This document shows, in pieces, positions 8,889 through 19,173 of a DNA stretch of 64,000 bases (positions within the stretch are counted from its first letter, which is position 1; each line of letters begins with the position of its first letter). The DNA comes from Candidatus Omnitrophota bacterium (GTDB lineage: Bacteria > Omnitrophota > Gorgyraeia > Gygaellales > Profunditerraquicolaceae). A program made the position numbers and the translations under genes. The notes beneath the pieces were generated by a model. The model searched no databases. It worked only from the letters and a program-made list of their open reading frames with translations, and had not been told where the DNA came from. The stretch is taken from positions 21,625 to 85,624 of the forward strand of contig JALOQK010000002.1 of NCBI GenBank assembly GCA_025453395.1, written 5' to 3'.

Positions 8889-9092
8889 GTGCCATTACCC
8901 AAAAGGAGACATTCCAAGACGCGCGGCAGAAAACGCCGTACGAATTGGAAGATAGCTAAAGCCAATCTTATTCTGTGCCCTCAATGTAAAAGCCTGAGAG
9001 TTCCTCATCGTGTTTGCGCGGTTTGCGGGTATTATGCCGGCAACAAGGTTCTGGAAATCAAGGTTAAAGAGAAGAAAAACAAAAAAGCCTAA
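8889..9092 (+). CDS. rpmF: 50S ribosomal protein L32
   Basis: MPLPKRRHSKTRGRKRR.. and a CxxC..CxxC zinc ribbon. Confidence 0.9.
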   Translation: MPLPKRRHSKTRGRKRRTNWKIAKANLILCPQCKSLRVPHRVCAVCGYYAGNKVLEIKVKEKKNKKA

Positions 9093-9100
9093 GATAAACC

Positions 9101-10084
9101 ATGAGAATAATCGTAGACGCGATGGGCGGTGATTACGCGCCACAAGTAGTGATAGAAGGCGCGATTGCCGCGGTTAAGGAATACGGTAAAGAAGTGGTTT
9201 TAGTGGGAGACCAGCAGAAAGTTGAAGCCCTGCTTGGCAAGCATCGTTATTCTGGGGATAAGATCTCTGTTGTGCATGCTGCGGATGCCATTGAAATGCA
9301 TGAGCCGGCAGCTAATAGCGTGCGCAGGAAACGCAATTCTTCCATTGTTATCGGCCTTAATCTTATTAAAGAAGGCAAAGGCGACGCTTTTTTCAGCGCC
9401 GGCAATACCGGAGCGGTAGTTTGCGCGGCTACTTTATCTTTAGGGCTCTTGCCCGGCATTGAAAGGCCAGGCATTGCCATAGTCACGCCTACCTTAAAGG
9501 GGATTTCCCTTATTGTGGATGTGGGCGCCAATATTACTGCTAAGCCGGAGCATCTCTTGCAATACGGCATTATGGCCGCGGCTTACAGCAAATTCATTTT
9601 GAATAAACCCAACCCTACCATCGGGCTTTTAAATGTAGGCGAAGAGGAGTCTAAGGGTACAGATTTTCTAAAAGAAACCTTTGAGCTTTTAAGCAAAAGC
9701 AAAGTCAATTTTATCGGCAATGTTGAGGGGAAAGATTTATTTTCCGGCAGGGTAGATGTTATTGTTTGCGACGGTTTTGTGGGCAATGTCGCTTTAAAGG
9801 TCATTGAAAGCACCGCCGAAGCCATTCAGATATTCTTAAAAAGGCACCTTCAGAAAAGCAGCATCTTCGGAAAATTCGGGCTGTTGCTTTTGCGGCCTAC
9901 CTTTATTCGTTTCAAAAAAGATATGGATTATTCAGAATATGGAGGGGCGCCGTTGTTGGGAGTAAACGGCGTAGTCATCATCGGCCACGGCAGGTCTAAT
10001 GCCAAGGCGATCAAGAATGCCATTCGTATTGCCGCGGAAGAAGTAGAGCGCAAAGTAAATGATAAGATCTTAGAGTCTTTGTGA
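9101..10084 (+). CDS. plsX: phosphate acyltransferase PlsX
   Basis: MRIIVDAMGGDYAP.. PlsX signature. Canonical rpmF-plsX-fabH context. Confidence 0.9.
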   Translation: MRIIVDAMGGDYAPQVVIEGAIAAVKEYGKEVVLVGDQQKVEALLGKHRYSGDKISVVHAADAIEMHEPAANSVRRKRNSSIVIGLNLIKEGKGDAFFSAGNTGAVVCAATLSLGLLPGIERPGIAIVTPTLKGISLIVDVGANITAKPEHLLQYGIMAAAYSKFILNKPNPTIGLLNVGEEESKGTDFLKETFELLSKSKVNFIGNVEGKDLFSGRVDVIVCDGFVGNVALKVIESTAEAIQIFLKRHLQKSSIFGKFGLLLLRPTFIRFKKDMDYSEYGGAPLLGVNGVVIIGHGRSNAKAIKNAIRIAAEEVERKVNDKILESL

Positions 10085-10116
10085 CCCGCGCATAATCAAG
10101 TTATCCCGGAGAGAAA

Positions 10117-11094
10117 ATGAATAGTGTCGGAATAATCGGAATAGGAAAATACCTGCCGAAAAAGGTCCTTACAAATCAGGACTTGGAAAAAATGGTGGAT
10201 ACTTCCGATGAATGGATTACTACCCGCACCGGAATTCAAGAAAGGCGTATTGCCGCGAAGAATGAAGCGTGTTCGGATTTAGCTTTAAAAGCAGCGCAGG
10301 ACGCTTTAAGTGATTCCAAAATAAACCCTTTAGATTTAGATCTGATTATTGTGGCAACTGTTACCGCGGATATGCATTTCCCTTCGGTGGCCTGTATTGT
10401 GCAAAGCAATCTGGGGGCTAAAAACGCTATTTGTTTTGATGTAAGCGCTGCCTGTGCCGGGTTTATCTACGCGCTTATAGTCGCCAAGCAATTTATTGCC
10501 CGCGGAAGCGTTAAGCATGCTTTAGTCATCGGAAGCGAGGTAATGTCTTATATTACTGATTGGACAGACAGAAATACTTGTGTTCTTTTCGGGGATGGTT
10601 CAGCGGCAGCAGTCTTGGGGCAGGTTAAGTCTGGGGGGATTATCGCCAGCCACTTAGGCTCTGATGGCTCAGTGCATGATATCTTAAATGTCCCTGCCGG
10701 AGGGTCCCGGATGCCTTTGACCAAGGATAATATTGATAAAAACATGCAATATATTAAGATGCGCGGCAATGAATTATTTAAGATGGCGGTTAATGCCATG
10801 AGCGACGCGGCTAAAAAGGCCCTGGAAAAGGCGCATTTAAAAGTAGAGGATGTGAATTTACTTATTCCGCATCAGGCGAATCAGCGCATTATTGCCGCGG
10901 TAGCCAAAAAATTGAACTTGAGCATGGATAAAGTATACCTTAATATAGCCCGTTACGGTAATATGTCTTCGGCTTCTGTGGCTGTGGCTTTATGCGAAGC
11001 GGTAAAAGAAGGCCGGATTAAGAAAGGCGATATCATTGTTTTAGATTCTTTTGGCGCGGGGCTTGTTTGGGCAGCTTGTGTTATAAAATGGTGA
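10117..11094 (+). CDS. fabH: 3-oxoacyl-ACP synthase III
   Basis: Active-site Cys in AACAGF, His/Asn motifs, ..GAGLVW.. C-terminus. Confidence 0.9.
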   Translation: MNSVGIIGIGKYLPKKVLTNQDLEKMVDTSDEWITTRTGIQERRIAAKNEACSDLALKAAQDALSDSKINPLDLDLIIVATVTADMHFPSVACIVQSNLGAKNAICFDVSAACAGFIYALIVAKQFIARGSVKHALVIGSEVMSYITDWTDRNTCVLFGDGSAAAVLGQVKSGGIIASHLGSDGSVHDILNVPAGGSRMPLTKDNIDKNMQYIKMRGNELFKMAVNAMSDAAKKALEKAHLKVEDVNLLIPHQANQRIIAAVAKKLNLSMDKVYLNIARYGNMSSASVAVALCEAVKEGRIKKGDIIVLDSFGAGLVWAACVIKW

Positions 11095-11104
11095 TTTTGT
11101 ATTT

Positions 11105-11139
11105 GCTGATAGCTGATAGCTGATGACTGAAAGCTGATA
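11105..11139. repeat. heptanucleotide repeat (GCTGATA units)
   Basis: gctgata gctgata gctgatg actgaaa gctgata. This is the reverse-complement orientation of the ATCAGCT family. Confidence 0.75.
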
Positions 11140-11141
11140 AT

Positions 11142-12077
11142 ATGGATAAATGCGCATTTTTATTCGCTGGGCAGGGCAGTCAATATATAGGCATGGGCAA
11201 GGACCTTTATGAATCTTTCCCGGCAAGCCGGCAGATCTTTGACCGGGCCGAAGAGGTCTTAGGTTTTGACTTGAAAAGGCGCGTATTTGAAGGGCCGCAG
11301 GAATTGCTGCGCATGACAAGCGTCTCGCAGCCAGCAATTCTTACTGTAAGTTTAGCTTGTTATGAAGCTTTTAAATCATCTGACATCTGTCCTCTGTCCT
11401 CTGTGCAGTATACAGCAGGACTAAGTCTAGGTGAATACACTGCTTTAATAGCAGCAGGCAGTATTTCCTTTAAAGACGGGATTCTTTTGGTGAGAAAAAG
11501 AGGGGAATTAATGGAGGAGGCGGCAACTAAACATCCCGGAAAGATGGCCGCAGTGCTAGATCTTTCTTTGGATGCCTTAAAAGAAATCTGCGCTAAAACG
11601 CATGCTGAAATCGCCAATCTTAATTGCCCGGGACAGGTAGTTATTTCCGGAAAAGCTGAAGCTGTGGACAAGGCCATGGAACTATGTGTCCAGGCGCAAG
11701 CCAAGAGGGTTATTCCTCTTGAAGTAAGCGGCGGTTTTCATTCTTCGCTTATGAAAGAGGCGTCCGTAGAGTTTAGTAAGGTTTTGGATACGGTAGAGAT
11801 ACTCCCGGCTAAGATACCGGTGGTTAGTAATTATACCGCGTCTGTGCAGGCTCAGCCCGGAGAGATCAAGGCTAATCTAGTGGCGCAGATGTATTCTTCG
11901 GTGCGCTGGGAAGAGTCTATGCGGTTTATGATCGCTGAAGGGGTTTCAAAGTTTTACGAATTTGGCCCGGGCAAGGTATTAAAAGGTTTAGCCCGCAAGA
12001 TTGACGCGCAAGCAAATGTGCTAAACATAGAAAAAAGAGATGATGTTATTAACCTTCAAAAGGATGAGGTGAAATAA
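11142..12077 (+). CDS. fabD: malonyl CoA-ACP transacylase
   Basis: FAGQGSQYIGMG and the GLSLGEY active-site serine motif. Confidence 0.9.
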   Translation: MDKCAFLFAGQGSQYIGMGKDLYESFPASRQIFDRAEEVLGFDLKRRVFEGPQELLRMTSVSQPAILTVSLACYEAFKSSDICPLSSVQYTAGLSLGEYTALIAAGSISFKDGILLVRKRGELMEEAATKHPGKMAAVLDLSLDALKEICAKTHAEIANLNCPGQVVISGKAEAVDKAMELCVQAQAKRVIPLEVSGGFHSSLMKEASVEFSKVLDTVEILPAKIPVVSNYTASVQAQPGEIKANLVAQMYSSVRWEESMRFMIAEGVSKFYEFGPGKVLKGLARKIDAQANVLNIEKRDDVINLQKDEVK

Positions 12078-12820
12078 TGGACCTTAACGGCAGGGTAGCT
12101 TTTATTACTGGAGGCGCTCAAGGCATAGGAAGACAGATAGTTTTAGCTTTTGCTAAAGCAGGCGCGGATATTGCTATTGGCGATGTGAACATGGAAAAGG
12201 CAGCTCAAACCGTAAAAGAGGTTGAGGTTTTGGGTAGAAAAGCCATCGCTGTAGAGCTTAATGTCACGGATATCAAACAGGTGGAGCAGGCTTTAAACAA
12301 AATTCTTGACAAATTTACAAGGGTTGATATATTAGTTAACAATGCCGGCATCACTCGCGACAATTTGATGCTTAGAATCAGCGACGCAGACTGGGATGCG
12401 GTAATAAATGTTAACCTTAAGGGCACATTTAACTGCACCAAAGCAGTCTCAAAGGTTATGATTAAGCAACGGCAGGGTAAGATAGTAAATATCGCTTCGA
12501 TCATTGGGATAATCGGGAATGCAGGGCAGGCTAATTATGCTGCTTCTAAGGCAGGGATAATCGCTCTTACCAAGACTACGGCAAAAGAATTCGCCAGCCG
12601 TAACATAAACGTAAACGCGATTGCTCCCGGGTTTATCCAGACGGATATGACCGCAAAACTGCCTGAAGAAGTAAGAACAAAAATGCTTGCTGCTATTCCG
12701 TTGAATAGATTTGGACAGCCGCAGGATGTTGCCAATTTGTGCTTGTTTTTAGCTAGTGAAGAATCAAGCTACATTACCGGGCAGACAGTAGTTATTGACG
12801 GCGGCATGGTGATGGCATAA
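12077..12820 (+). CDS. fabG: 3-oxoacyl-ACP reductase
   Basis: TGGAQGIGR Rossmann motif, NNAG, and the YAASKAG catalytic motif. Confidence 0.9.
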   Translation: MDLNGRVAFITGGAQGIGRQIVLAFAKAGADIAIGDVNMEKAAQTVKEVEVLGRKAIAVELNVTDIKQVEQALNKILDKFTRVDILVNNAGITRDNLMLRISDADWDAVINVNLKGTFNCTKAVSKVMIKQRQGKIVNIASIIGIIGNAGQANYAASKAGIIALTKTTAKEFASRNINVNAIAPGFIQTDMTAKLPEEVRTKMLAAIPLNRFGQPQDVANLCLFLASEESSYITGQTVVIDGGMVMA

Positions 12821-12850
12821 ACATAAGGACAATATAAAGGAGGAACCAGA

Positions 12851-13087
12851 ATGGCAGTGCAAGAAAAAGTGAAGTCCATAATCGCTGAACAGCTTGGTGT
12901 AAAACCAGAAGAGGTAACTCCGGAAGCATCTTTTGTGGATGACCTGGGTGCTGATTCTTTGGATACTGTGGAATTGGTTATGGCGTTAGAAGAAGAATTC
13001 GGTGTTGAGATCCCGGATGGGGACGCGGAAAAAATCACTACCGTAGGAGACGCGATCAAATATATTGAAGAAAAATCCGCTAAATAA
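12851..13087 (+). CDS. acpP: acyl carrier protein
   Basis: [21 protein letters not shown] with the phosphopantetheine-attachment Ser. Confidence 0.9.
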   Translation: MAVQEKVKSIIAEQLGVKPEEVTPEASFVDDLGADSLDTVELVMALEEEFGVEIPDGDAEKITTVGDAIKYIEEKSAK

Positions 13088-13112
13088 CGTGTAGATAATA
13101 ACAAAAAATAAT

Positions 13113-13151
13113 GTTACCCCGCCTTTATTTATCATGGCGGGGTAACTTTTG
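13113..13151 (+). terminator. rho-independent terminator candidate after acpP
   Basis: Perfect 11-bp stem gttaccccgcc / ggcggggtaac, 12-nt loop, followed by tttt. Confidence 0.6.
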
Positions 13152-13178
13152 TAAGGTTAAAAGGGGCAAAAAAAGATT

Positions 13179-14426
13179 ATGCAGCAAAGAAAAGTAGCAG
13201 TTACAGGTTTAGGGGTTATCTCGCCAGTGGGTAATGACGTAGCTAGCTTTTGGGGAGCTTTAAAAGAAGGCAAAAGCGGCATTGGCCCTTTAACTACCTT
13301 TGACGCATCCAAGTTTGATTCGCGCATTGCCGGAGAAGTAAGGAATTTTGACCCGACCTTGTATGGCATTTCTTTAAAAGATACCAGGCGTATGGATCGT
13401 TTTGTGCAATATGCTGTGGCGGCAGCAAAGCAGGCCTTGGTGGATTCAGGCCTTGATATGGCAGAAGAAAACGCAAATCGTATTGGAGTTATCATGGGCT
13501 CAGGTATCGGAGGTTTGGATACCATTGAGAAAGAGCACAGTATTTACCTTAATAAGGGCCCGTCACGGCTTTCCCCATTTTTGATCCCGATGCTTATTAT
13601 TAATGAAGCTGCCGGACAGGTCGCGATTAATTTTGGGTTTAAAGGCCCTAATTCCTGCGTGGCTACCGCTTGCGCATCAGGCTCGCATTCTATCGGGGAT
13701 GCTTTTCGCCTGATTGAGCATGGCGACGCTGACATTATGTTTGCCGGAGGCACGGAAAGCTGTATCGTTCCTACAGGTGTTGGCGGGTTCTGCGCTCTAA
13801 AAGCGCTTTCTACTCGTAATGACCGTCCGCAGCAGGCCAGCCGCCCTTTTGAGCGCGACCGCGACGGTTTTATTATGGCTGAAGGATGCGGGGTAGTGGT
13901 CCTGGAAGAATTGGAACGCGCTAAGAAAAGAAACGCTCATATTTATGGCCAGATCATAGGATATGGGATGTCTTGTGACGCGTATCATATTACTGCTCCT
14001 GATCCGCAGGGCGATGGCGCTTGCCGGGCGATGCTTCTTGCCCTTGAGGATGGCGCGATCAATCCCGAAGAAATAAGTTATATTAACGCCCATGGCACTT
14101 CTACTAAGCTGAATGATAAACTGGAAACCTTGGCGATTAAGAGGGCTTTGGGGGATTATGCCAATAAAGTAATGGTTTCTTCCACAAAATCCATGACCGG
14201 GCATTTATTAGGCGCCGCAGGAGGAGTAGAATTTATTGTGTGTTGTTTGGCGATCAAAGACCAGGTTGTCCCTCCCACTATTAATTATGATAATCCCGAT
14301 CCGGAATGTGATTTGGATTATGTGCCTAACATTGCGCGTAAATGCAATGTAAATATCTGCATGTCTAATTCCCTCGGGTTTGGCGGGCATAATGCCAGTC
14401 TGGTAGTAAAAAAATTTAAGGGTTAA
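13179..14426 (+). CDS. fabF: 3-oxoacyl-ACP synthase II
   Basis: KAS I/II fold with active-site Cys in ..ATACASGSH.. and His motifs. Confidence 0.9.
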   Translation: MQQRKVAVTGLGVISPVGNDVASFWGALKEGKSGIGPLTTFDASKFDSRIAGEVRNFDPTLYGISLKDTRRMDRFVQYAVAAAKQALVDSGLDMAEENANRIGVIMGSGIGGLDTIEKEHSIYLNKGPSRLSPFLIPMLIINEAAGQVAINFGFKGPNSCVATACASGSHSIGDAFRLIEHGDADIMFAGGTESCIVPTGVGGFCALKALSTRNDRPQQASRPFERDRDGFIMAEGCGVVVLEELERAKKRNAHIYGQIIGYGMSCDAYHITAPDPQGDGACRAMLLALEDGAINPEEISYINAHGTSTKLNDKLETLAIKRALGDYANKVMVSSTKSMTGHLLGAAGGVEFIVCCLAIKDQVVPPTINYDNPDPECDLDYVPNIARKCNVNICMSNSLGFGGHNASLVVKKFKG

Positions 14427-14466
14427 GCCTGTCTGCCGGTAGGCGGGGGGTTAAGGGGTATGGGTT

Positions 14467-15762
14467 ATGGGCTATACAATAGCTGAAAAAATCTTAATGG
14501 CGCACGCCGGAAAAAAGGATATTCATCCGGGTGAGTTTATTGAAGCCAAAGTCGATATCGCTTTAGGCAATGATATTACCGCGCCTTTGGCGATTGAAGA
14601 ATTTAAGAAGACAGGAGTAAAGAAAGTATTCGATAATAAGAAAATAGTTCTGGTGCCGGATCATTTTGCCCCTGCTAAAGATTTAAAAAGCGCCAATCAA
14701 TGCAAAATTCTGGCTAATTTTGCCCAAGAGCAAAAGATCAAGAATTATTTTGAGGTAGGTTGTATGGGCATAGAGCATGCCCTCTTGCCGGAAAAAGGGA
14801 TAGTCGGGCCCGGATATTTGGTGATCGGGGCCGATTCTCATACCTGTACCTATGGGGCCTTAGGCGCTTATGCTACTGGGGTTGGCTCAACGGATTTAGC
14901 GCGCGCTTTCATAGACGGGGAATGCTGGTTTAAAGTTCCGGCATCGGTTAAATTTGTTTATAAAGGAAAATTAAAGAAGTGGGTTGGCGGGAAAGACCTT
15001 ATACTTTTTACTATTGGGCAGATCGGTGTTGATGGGGCCCTGTACAAAGCAATGGAATTTACCGGCCCTGTTATAGATAAGCTTCCCATGGATGATCGTT
15101 TTTCTATGTCAAATATGGCCATAGAAGCCGGAGCCCGGGCAGGGTTGATTAACCCGGACGAGATTACTTTAAGTTATATGGAAGAAAGTCAAAAGTCAAA
15201 AGTCAAAAGTCAAAAGTTCAGAGCAAAAGTTAAAAGCTTAAGATCAGATGATGATGCTGTATATGAGAAAGTTTATGATTGGGATGTGAGTAATTTAGAG
15301 CCGCAGGTCGCCTGTCCGCATTTACCAAGCAACACTAAACCTGTGGGAGAGTTGAGTAATATTACTGTTGACCAGGTAGTCATTGGTTCTTGCACTAACG
15401 GCAGGATTGCTGATTTGCGCACCGCAGGCAAGATTCTAAAGGGCAAGAAAATAAAACCTGGTTTGCGTTTGATTGTTATCCCGGCAACCCAGAAAATCTA
15501 TCTGGAAGCAGTCCAAGAGGGTTTGGCAGAAATATTTGTCAAAGCAGGCGGGGTTTTCTCTACGCCTACCTGCGGCCCGTGTTTAGGCGGACATATGGGT
15601 ATTTTAACTGAAGGCGAAAGGTGCCTGGCCACAACCAATAGAAATTTTATTGGCAGGATGGGGCATCCTAAATCCGAGGTTTATTTGTCAAGCCCCGCGG
15701 TCGCCGCCGCAGCGGCAGTTACAGGAAGGATTACGCATCCCGAAGAAATAAATAAACAATAA
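14467..15762 (+). CDS. leuC: 3-isopropylmalate/homoaconitate-type dehydratase large subunit (short archaeal-type LeuC)
   Basis: [17 protein letters not shown].., aconitase-family Cys ligands (GSCTNGR, CGPCLG). A small-subunit gene follows. Carries an in-frame heptamer repeat insert. Confidence 0.75.
   Translation: MGYTIAEKILMAHAGKKDIHPGEFIEAKVDIALGNDITAPLAIEEFKKTGVKKVFDNKKIVLVPDHFAPAKDLKSANQCKILANFAQEQKIKNYFEVGCMGIEHALLPEKGIVGPGYLVIGADSHTCTYGALGAYATGVGSTDLARAFIDGECWFKVPASVKFVYKGKLKKWVGGKDLILFTIGQIGVDGALYKAMEFTGPVIDKLPMDDRFSMSNMAIEAGARAGLINPDEITLSYMEESQKSKVKSQKFRAKVKSLRSDDDAVYEKVYDWDVSNLEPQVACPHLPSNTKPVGELSNITVDQVVIGSCTNGRIADLRTAGKILKGKKIKPGLRLIVIPATQKIYLEAVQEGLAEIFVKAGGVFSTPTCGPCLGGHMGILTEGERCLATTNRNFIGRMGHPKSEVYLSSPAVAAAAAVTGRITHPEEINKQ
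15183..15240 (+). repeat. AAAAGTC heptamer repeat array in frame inside leuC
   Basis: aaagtc aaaagtc aaaagtc aaaagtc aaaagtt cagagca aaagtta aaagctt, encoding ..[18 protein letters not shown].. Confidence 0.8.
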
Positions 15763-15862
15763 CCAATACCCAAATCTGTTTGGTCAATTGGTTATTGATT
15801 ATTGGGTATTGTTTGGTGTTTCCAGATTTGGTGTTTGGTGATTAAATAAACAGGTATAGCTA
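15763..15862. other. structured ~100-bp spacer between leuC and leuD with inverted repeats
   Basis: ccaatacccaaatctg .. cagatttgg and ttgggtattg segments are mutually complementary. This is unusual for a large/small subunit pair, which are normally translationally coupled. Confidence 0.4.
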
Positions 15863-16351
15863 ATGATTATTAAAGGTAACGCTCATAAATTTGGTGATGA
15901 CATTAATACCGATGATATTATTGCCGCTAAGTATTTGGTGACTACAGATGCCAAGGAATTAGGCAGCCGCTGTATGGAAACTATCCAGCCGGATTTTGTG
16001 AAAAAAGTCAAAGAAGGCGATATTATTGTTGCCGGGAAGAATTTCGGATGCGGCTCTTCAAGAGAGCACGCCCCATTGGCAATTAAAGGATGCGGGATAA
16101 AAGCAGTGATTGCCAAAAGTTTCGCCGGAATATTCTTTAGAAACGCCATTAACATAGGATTGCCATTCTTAGAATCAGAAGCTGTTGAAGAATTAAAACA
16201 AGGTGATTTGCTGGAAATAGATCTATCAAGCGGGGTAATTAAGAATTTAACTGAAGGTAAAGATTATAAGGCCCAAGGTTTCCCGCAGTTTTTGCAGGAT
16301 ATCGTTAAACATGGCGGGCTTTTAAATTATGTAACAAAGAAAGGCAGATAG
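15863..16351 (+). CDS. leuD: 3-isopropylmalate dehydratase small subunit
   Basis: GDDINTDDII .. GKNFGCGSSREHAP aconitase swivel-domain motif. Confidence 0.8.
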   Translation: MIIKGNAHKFGDDINTDDIIAAKYLVTTDAKELGSRCMETIQPDFVKKVKEGDIIVAGKNFGCGSSREHAPLAIKGCGIKAVIAKSFAGIFFRNAINIGLPFLESEAVEELKQGDLLEIDLSSGVIKNLTEGKDYKAQGFPQFLQDIVKHGGLLNYVTKKGR

Positions 16352-16353
16352 GT

Positions 16354-17403
16354 ATGCATAAAATAGCGGTAATACCCGGAGACGGCACCGGGCCAGAGGT
16401 TGTGCGTGAAGGCTTGAAGGTTTTGGAAGAGGCTTCCAAGAAATTTGGTTTTGCATACGAAACCAAGACTTTTGATTTTGGAGCAGCAAGATACCTGAAA
16501 TCCGGCAAGACCATTGATGATAATGATATTGTTGAACTGAAGAAGTATTCGGCAATTTTCTTAGGCGCTATTGGGCATCCGGATGTAAAACCCGGAATAC
16601 TTGAAACAGGGATATTATTGAAGCTTCGTTTCGCGCTTGATCAATATATCAACCTGCGCCCGGTGAAATTGTATAATCCTGATTTTTGCCCTTTGAAGGA
16701 TAAAAAGCCAGAGGATATAGATTTTGTGGTAGTAAGGGAAAATTCTGAAGGGCTTTACAAGGGCATGGGTGAGTTTCAGAATAAAGGCACAAAAGATGAA
16801 GTGGCGATCCAGCTTTCCTATAATACCAAGAAGGGCGTGGATAGGTGTCTTCGCTATGCCTTTGATTATACCAGAGCCAGAAACAAGAGAAAGAAACTTA
16901 CGCTTTGCGGAAAGACTAATGTTTTAACTTACGCCTGGGATCTTTGGGAACGCAGCTTTTATGAGGTAGCAAAAGAATACCCGGATGTTACTGTTGATTA
17001 TGCCCACGTGGATGCCACGACTATGTGGTTTGTAAAGAATCCGGAATGGTTTGATGTGATTGTTACCGACAACATGTTTGGCGATATTATCACGGATTTA
17101 GGCGCGATGATCCAGGGAGGCATGGGTATTGCCGCCGGAGGCAATATTAATCCCCAAGGCGTCTCTATGTTTGAGCCTATTGGCGGAAGCGCCCCTAAAT
17201 ATACCGGGAAAGACGTGATTAACCCATTGGCGGCAATCTGCGCCTGTGGCATGATGCTTGAGTCATTGGGAGAAACAAAAGCCGCTCTGGCGATAGAAAA
17301 AGCGGTGATTAAAATTGTCGCGGAGAAATTAAAAAGCCTTGCCGCAGGTAAAATGGGGTATTCTACAAGTCAAATCGGTGATATGGTGGCAGAGCGCCTT
17401 TAA
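16354..17403 (+). CDS. leuB: 3-isopropylmalate dehydrogenase (isocitrate/isopropylmalate dehydrogenase family)
   Basis: IAVIPGDGTGPEVV N-terminus and NMFGDIITDLGA motif. Sits next to leuCD. Confidence 0.7.
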   Translation: MHKIAVIPGDGTGPEVVREGLKVLEEASKKFGFAYETKTFDFGAARYLKSGKTIDDNDIVELKKYSAIFLGAIGHPDVKPGILETGILLKLRFALDQYINLRPVKLYNPDFCPLKDKKPEDIDFVVVRENSEGLYKGMGEFQNKGTKDEVAIQLSYNTKKGVDRCLRYAFDYTRARNKRKKLTLCGKTNVLTYAWDLWERSFYEVAKEYPDVTVDYAHVDATTMWFVKNPEWFDVIVTDNMFGDIITDLGAMIQGGMGIAAGGNINPQGVSMFEPIGGSAPKYTGKDVINPLAAICACGMMLESLGETKAALAIEKAVIKIVAEKLKSLAAGKMGYSTSQIGDMVAERL

Positions 17404-17421
17404 AATATTTAGGAGAGAAAG

Positions 17422-18435
17422 ATGAAAAAGTATAATGTCGCAGTAGTGGGGGTTGGCGTAGTAGGCCTTGAAATGTTAAAGGTCCTCGGCCAGCGTAATT
17501 TTCCTGTCGGCCATTTAAAGGTATTAGCGCGTTCCGCGCGTGAAATAGAGCTGGATGGGCGTAAATATTCCGTGGAGGCGATTTCATCGGATTCTTTTAA
17601 GGGGGTAAATATTGCTTTATTCGCCGGCACCGAAGGCGAAAAAGGCGCGGCAGTTACTTATGCCAAGGATGCCATTAAGCATGGCGCGGTTGTGATTGAT
17701 AATGGAGCAGATTTTCGTATGGACCCAAAAGTTCCTTTGGTCGTGCCGGAGGTAAACGCTAAAGATGCCAAGAAGCACCACGGTATTATCGCAAATCCTA
17801 ATTGTTCTACTATCCAGATGGTCGTAGCCTTGGCGCCTATTTATAAAAAGGCCGGGATCAAAAGGGTCATCGTTACCACTCTTCAGGCGTCCAGCGGCGC
17901 AGGAAGAGGTGCGGTTGAGCAATTAAAGGATGAGGTTTCTCTTATTTCCGGAGTGGGGTTTGGCAATGTGCATGTAAATACAGAGAACAAGGCTATGCCG
18001 CAGCAGTTGGCATATAATGTTTTTCCTCATATCGGCAGTTTCGCGGAACTGGATTACACAAGTGAAGAATGGAAGCTTGTCAAAGAAACCCATAAGATCA
18101 TGCATGATGATTCCATTAATATTTCCGCTACTACCGTGCGTGTTCCGGTTAGGACCGGGCACTCCGAATCCATATATATAGAAACAGAGAAAACTGTATC
18201 TGCGGAAAAGGCAAGAGATATTTTAACCAAGGCTGCGGGGATAAAAGTTATTGATGACCCTAAAAATAATCTGTATCCCATGCCTAAAGATGTTGAAGGC
18301 AAAGATGAAACCTTTGTCGGGCGCATCCGTAAAGACCCGTTTGTGAAAAATGGGCTATGGCTTTGGGTTGTCGCGGATAATTTGCGCAAAGGCGCAGCCA
18401 CCAATGCGGTGCAGATCGCAGAATGCCTGATTTAA
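17422..18435 (+). CDS. asd: aspartate-semialdehyde dehydrogenase
   Basis: VAVVGVGVVG Rossmann motif and the NPNCSTI active-site Cys motif. Confidence 0.9.
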   Translation: MKKYNVAVVGVGVVGLEMLKVLGQRNFPVGHLKVLARSAREIELDGRKYSVEAISSDSFKGVNIALFAGTEGEKGAAVTYAKDAIKHGAVVIDNGADFRMDPKVPLVVPEVNAKDAKKHHGIIANPNCSTIQMVVALAPIYKKAGIKRVIVTTLQASSGAGRGAVEQLKDEVSLISGVGFGNVHVNTENKAMPQQLAYNVFPHIGSFAELDYTSEEWKLVKETHKIMHDDSINISATTVRVPVRTGHSESIYIETEKTVSAEKARDILTKAAGIKVIDDPKNNLYPMPKDVEGKDETFVGRIRKDPFVKNGLWLWVVADNLRKGAATNAVQIAECLI

Positions 18436-19172
18436 AACGTAATCTCAGGATACTTTTAGAATACGACGGTACGCGTTATCAGGGCTGGCAAAAACAAAAA
18501 CACACCCAAGATACTATCCAGCAGGTTTTAGAGGCTGCCCTGCAAAAGCTTTTTAAGCAAAAAATAGCAGTTTATTCTTCCGGAAGAACCGACGCTGGAG
18601 TCCACGCTTTAAACCAAACCGCAAATTTTATCGTCAGCACAAAAATACCCAATAAAAGGATTTTATTAGGCGTTAACGCGTTTTTGCCTAAAGACATCGT
18701 GGTTAAAAAAGTAACCGATGCGCCTTCTTCTTTTCATAGCCGTTTTTCCTGCCGTTACAAAACTTACCGTTATGCTATCGTTAATCGTCATTATCACGCG
18801 GCTTTGGCCAGGCATTATAGTTACTTGTATCCCTGGAAACTGGATCTTGAGTTTATGCGCAAAGAATCCAAGGCGCTTATCGGCAGGCACGATTTCCGTT
18901 CGTTTTGCAGCTCAAATACGCTTAAGCAAAATTGCGTTAGAACCATAAAGAAGATCGCTATAACAAAGGATAAAGATAAAGTGTATATAGATGTACAAGC
19001 CGATGGATTCCTTTATAATATGGTGCGAAGTATTGTCGGGACACTTCTTCTTGCGGGAAGGGGTAAGTTAAAAAGAGGGCGTTTATTAGAGATATTGAAA
19101 TCAAAAGACAGGAAAAAAGCCGGGCCGGTTGTTCCGGCAAAAGGCTTATGCCTTATCAGAGAGCAATATTAA
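18423..19172 (+). CDS. truA: tRNA pseudouridine synthase A
   Basis: LEYDGTRYQGWQKQ .. GRTDAGVHA catalytic Asp motif. Confidence 0.85.
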   Translation: MPDLKRNLRILLEYDGTRYQGWQKQKHTQDTIQQVLEAALQKLFKQKIAVYSSGRTDAGVHALNQTANFIVSTKIPNKRILLGVNAFLPKDIVVKKVTDAPSSFHSRFSCRYKTYRYAIVNRHYHAALARHYSYLYPWKLDLEFMRKESKALIGRHDFRSFCSSNTLKQNCVRTIKKIAITKDKDKVYIDVQADGFLYNMVRSIVGTLLLAGRGKLKRGRLLEILKSKDRKKAGPVVPAKGLCLIREQY

Positions 19173-19173
19173 C

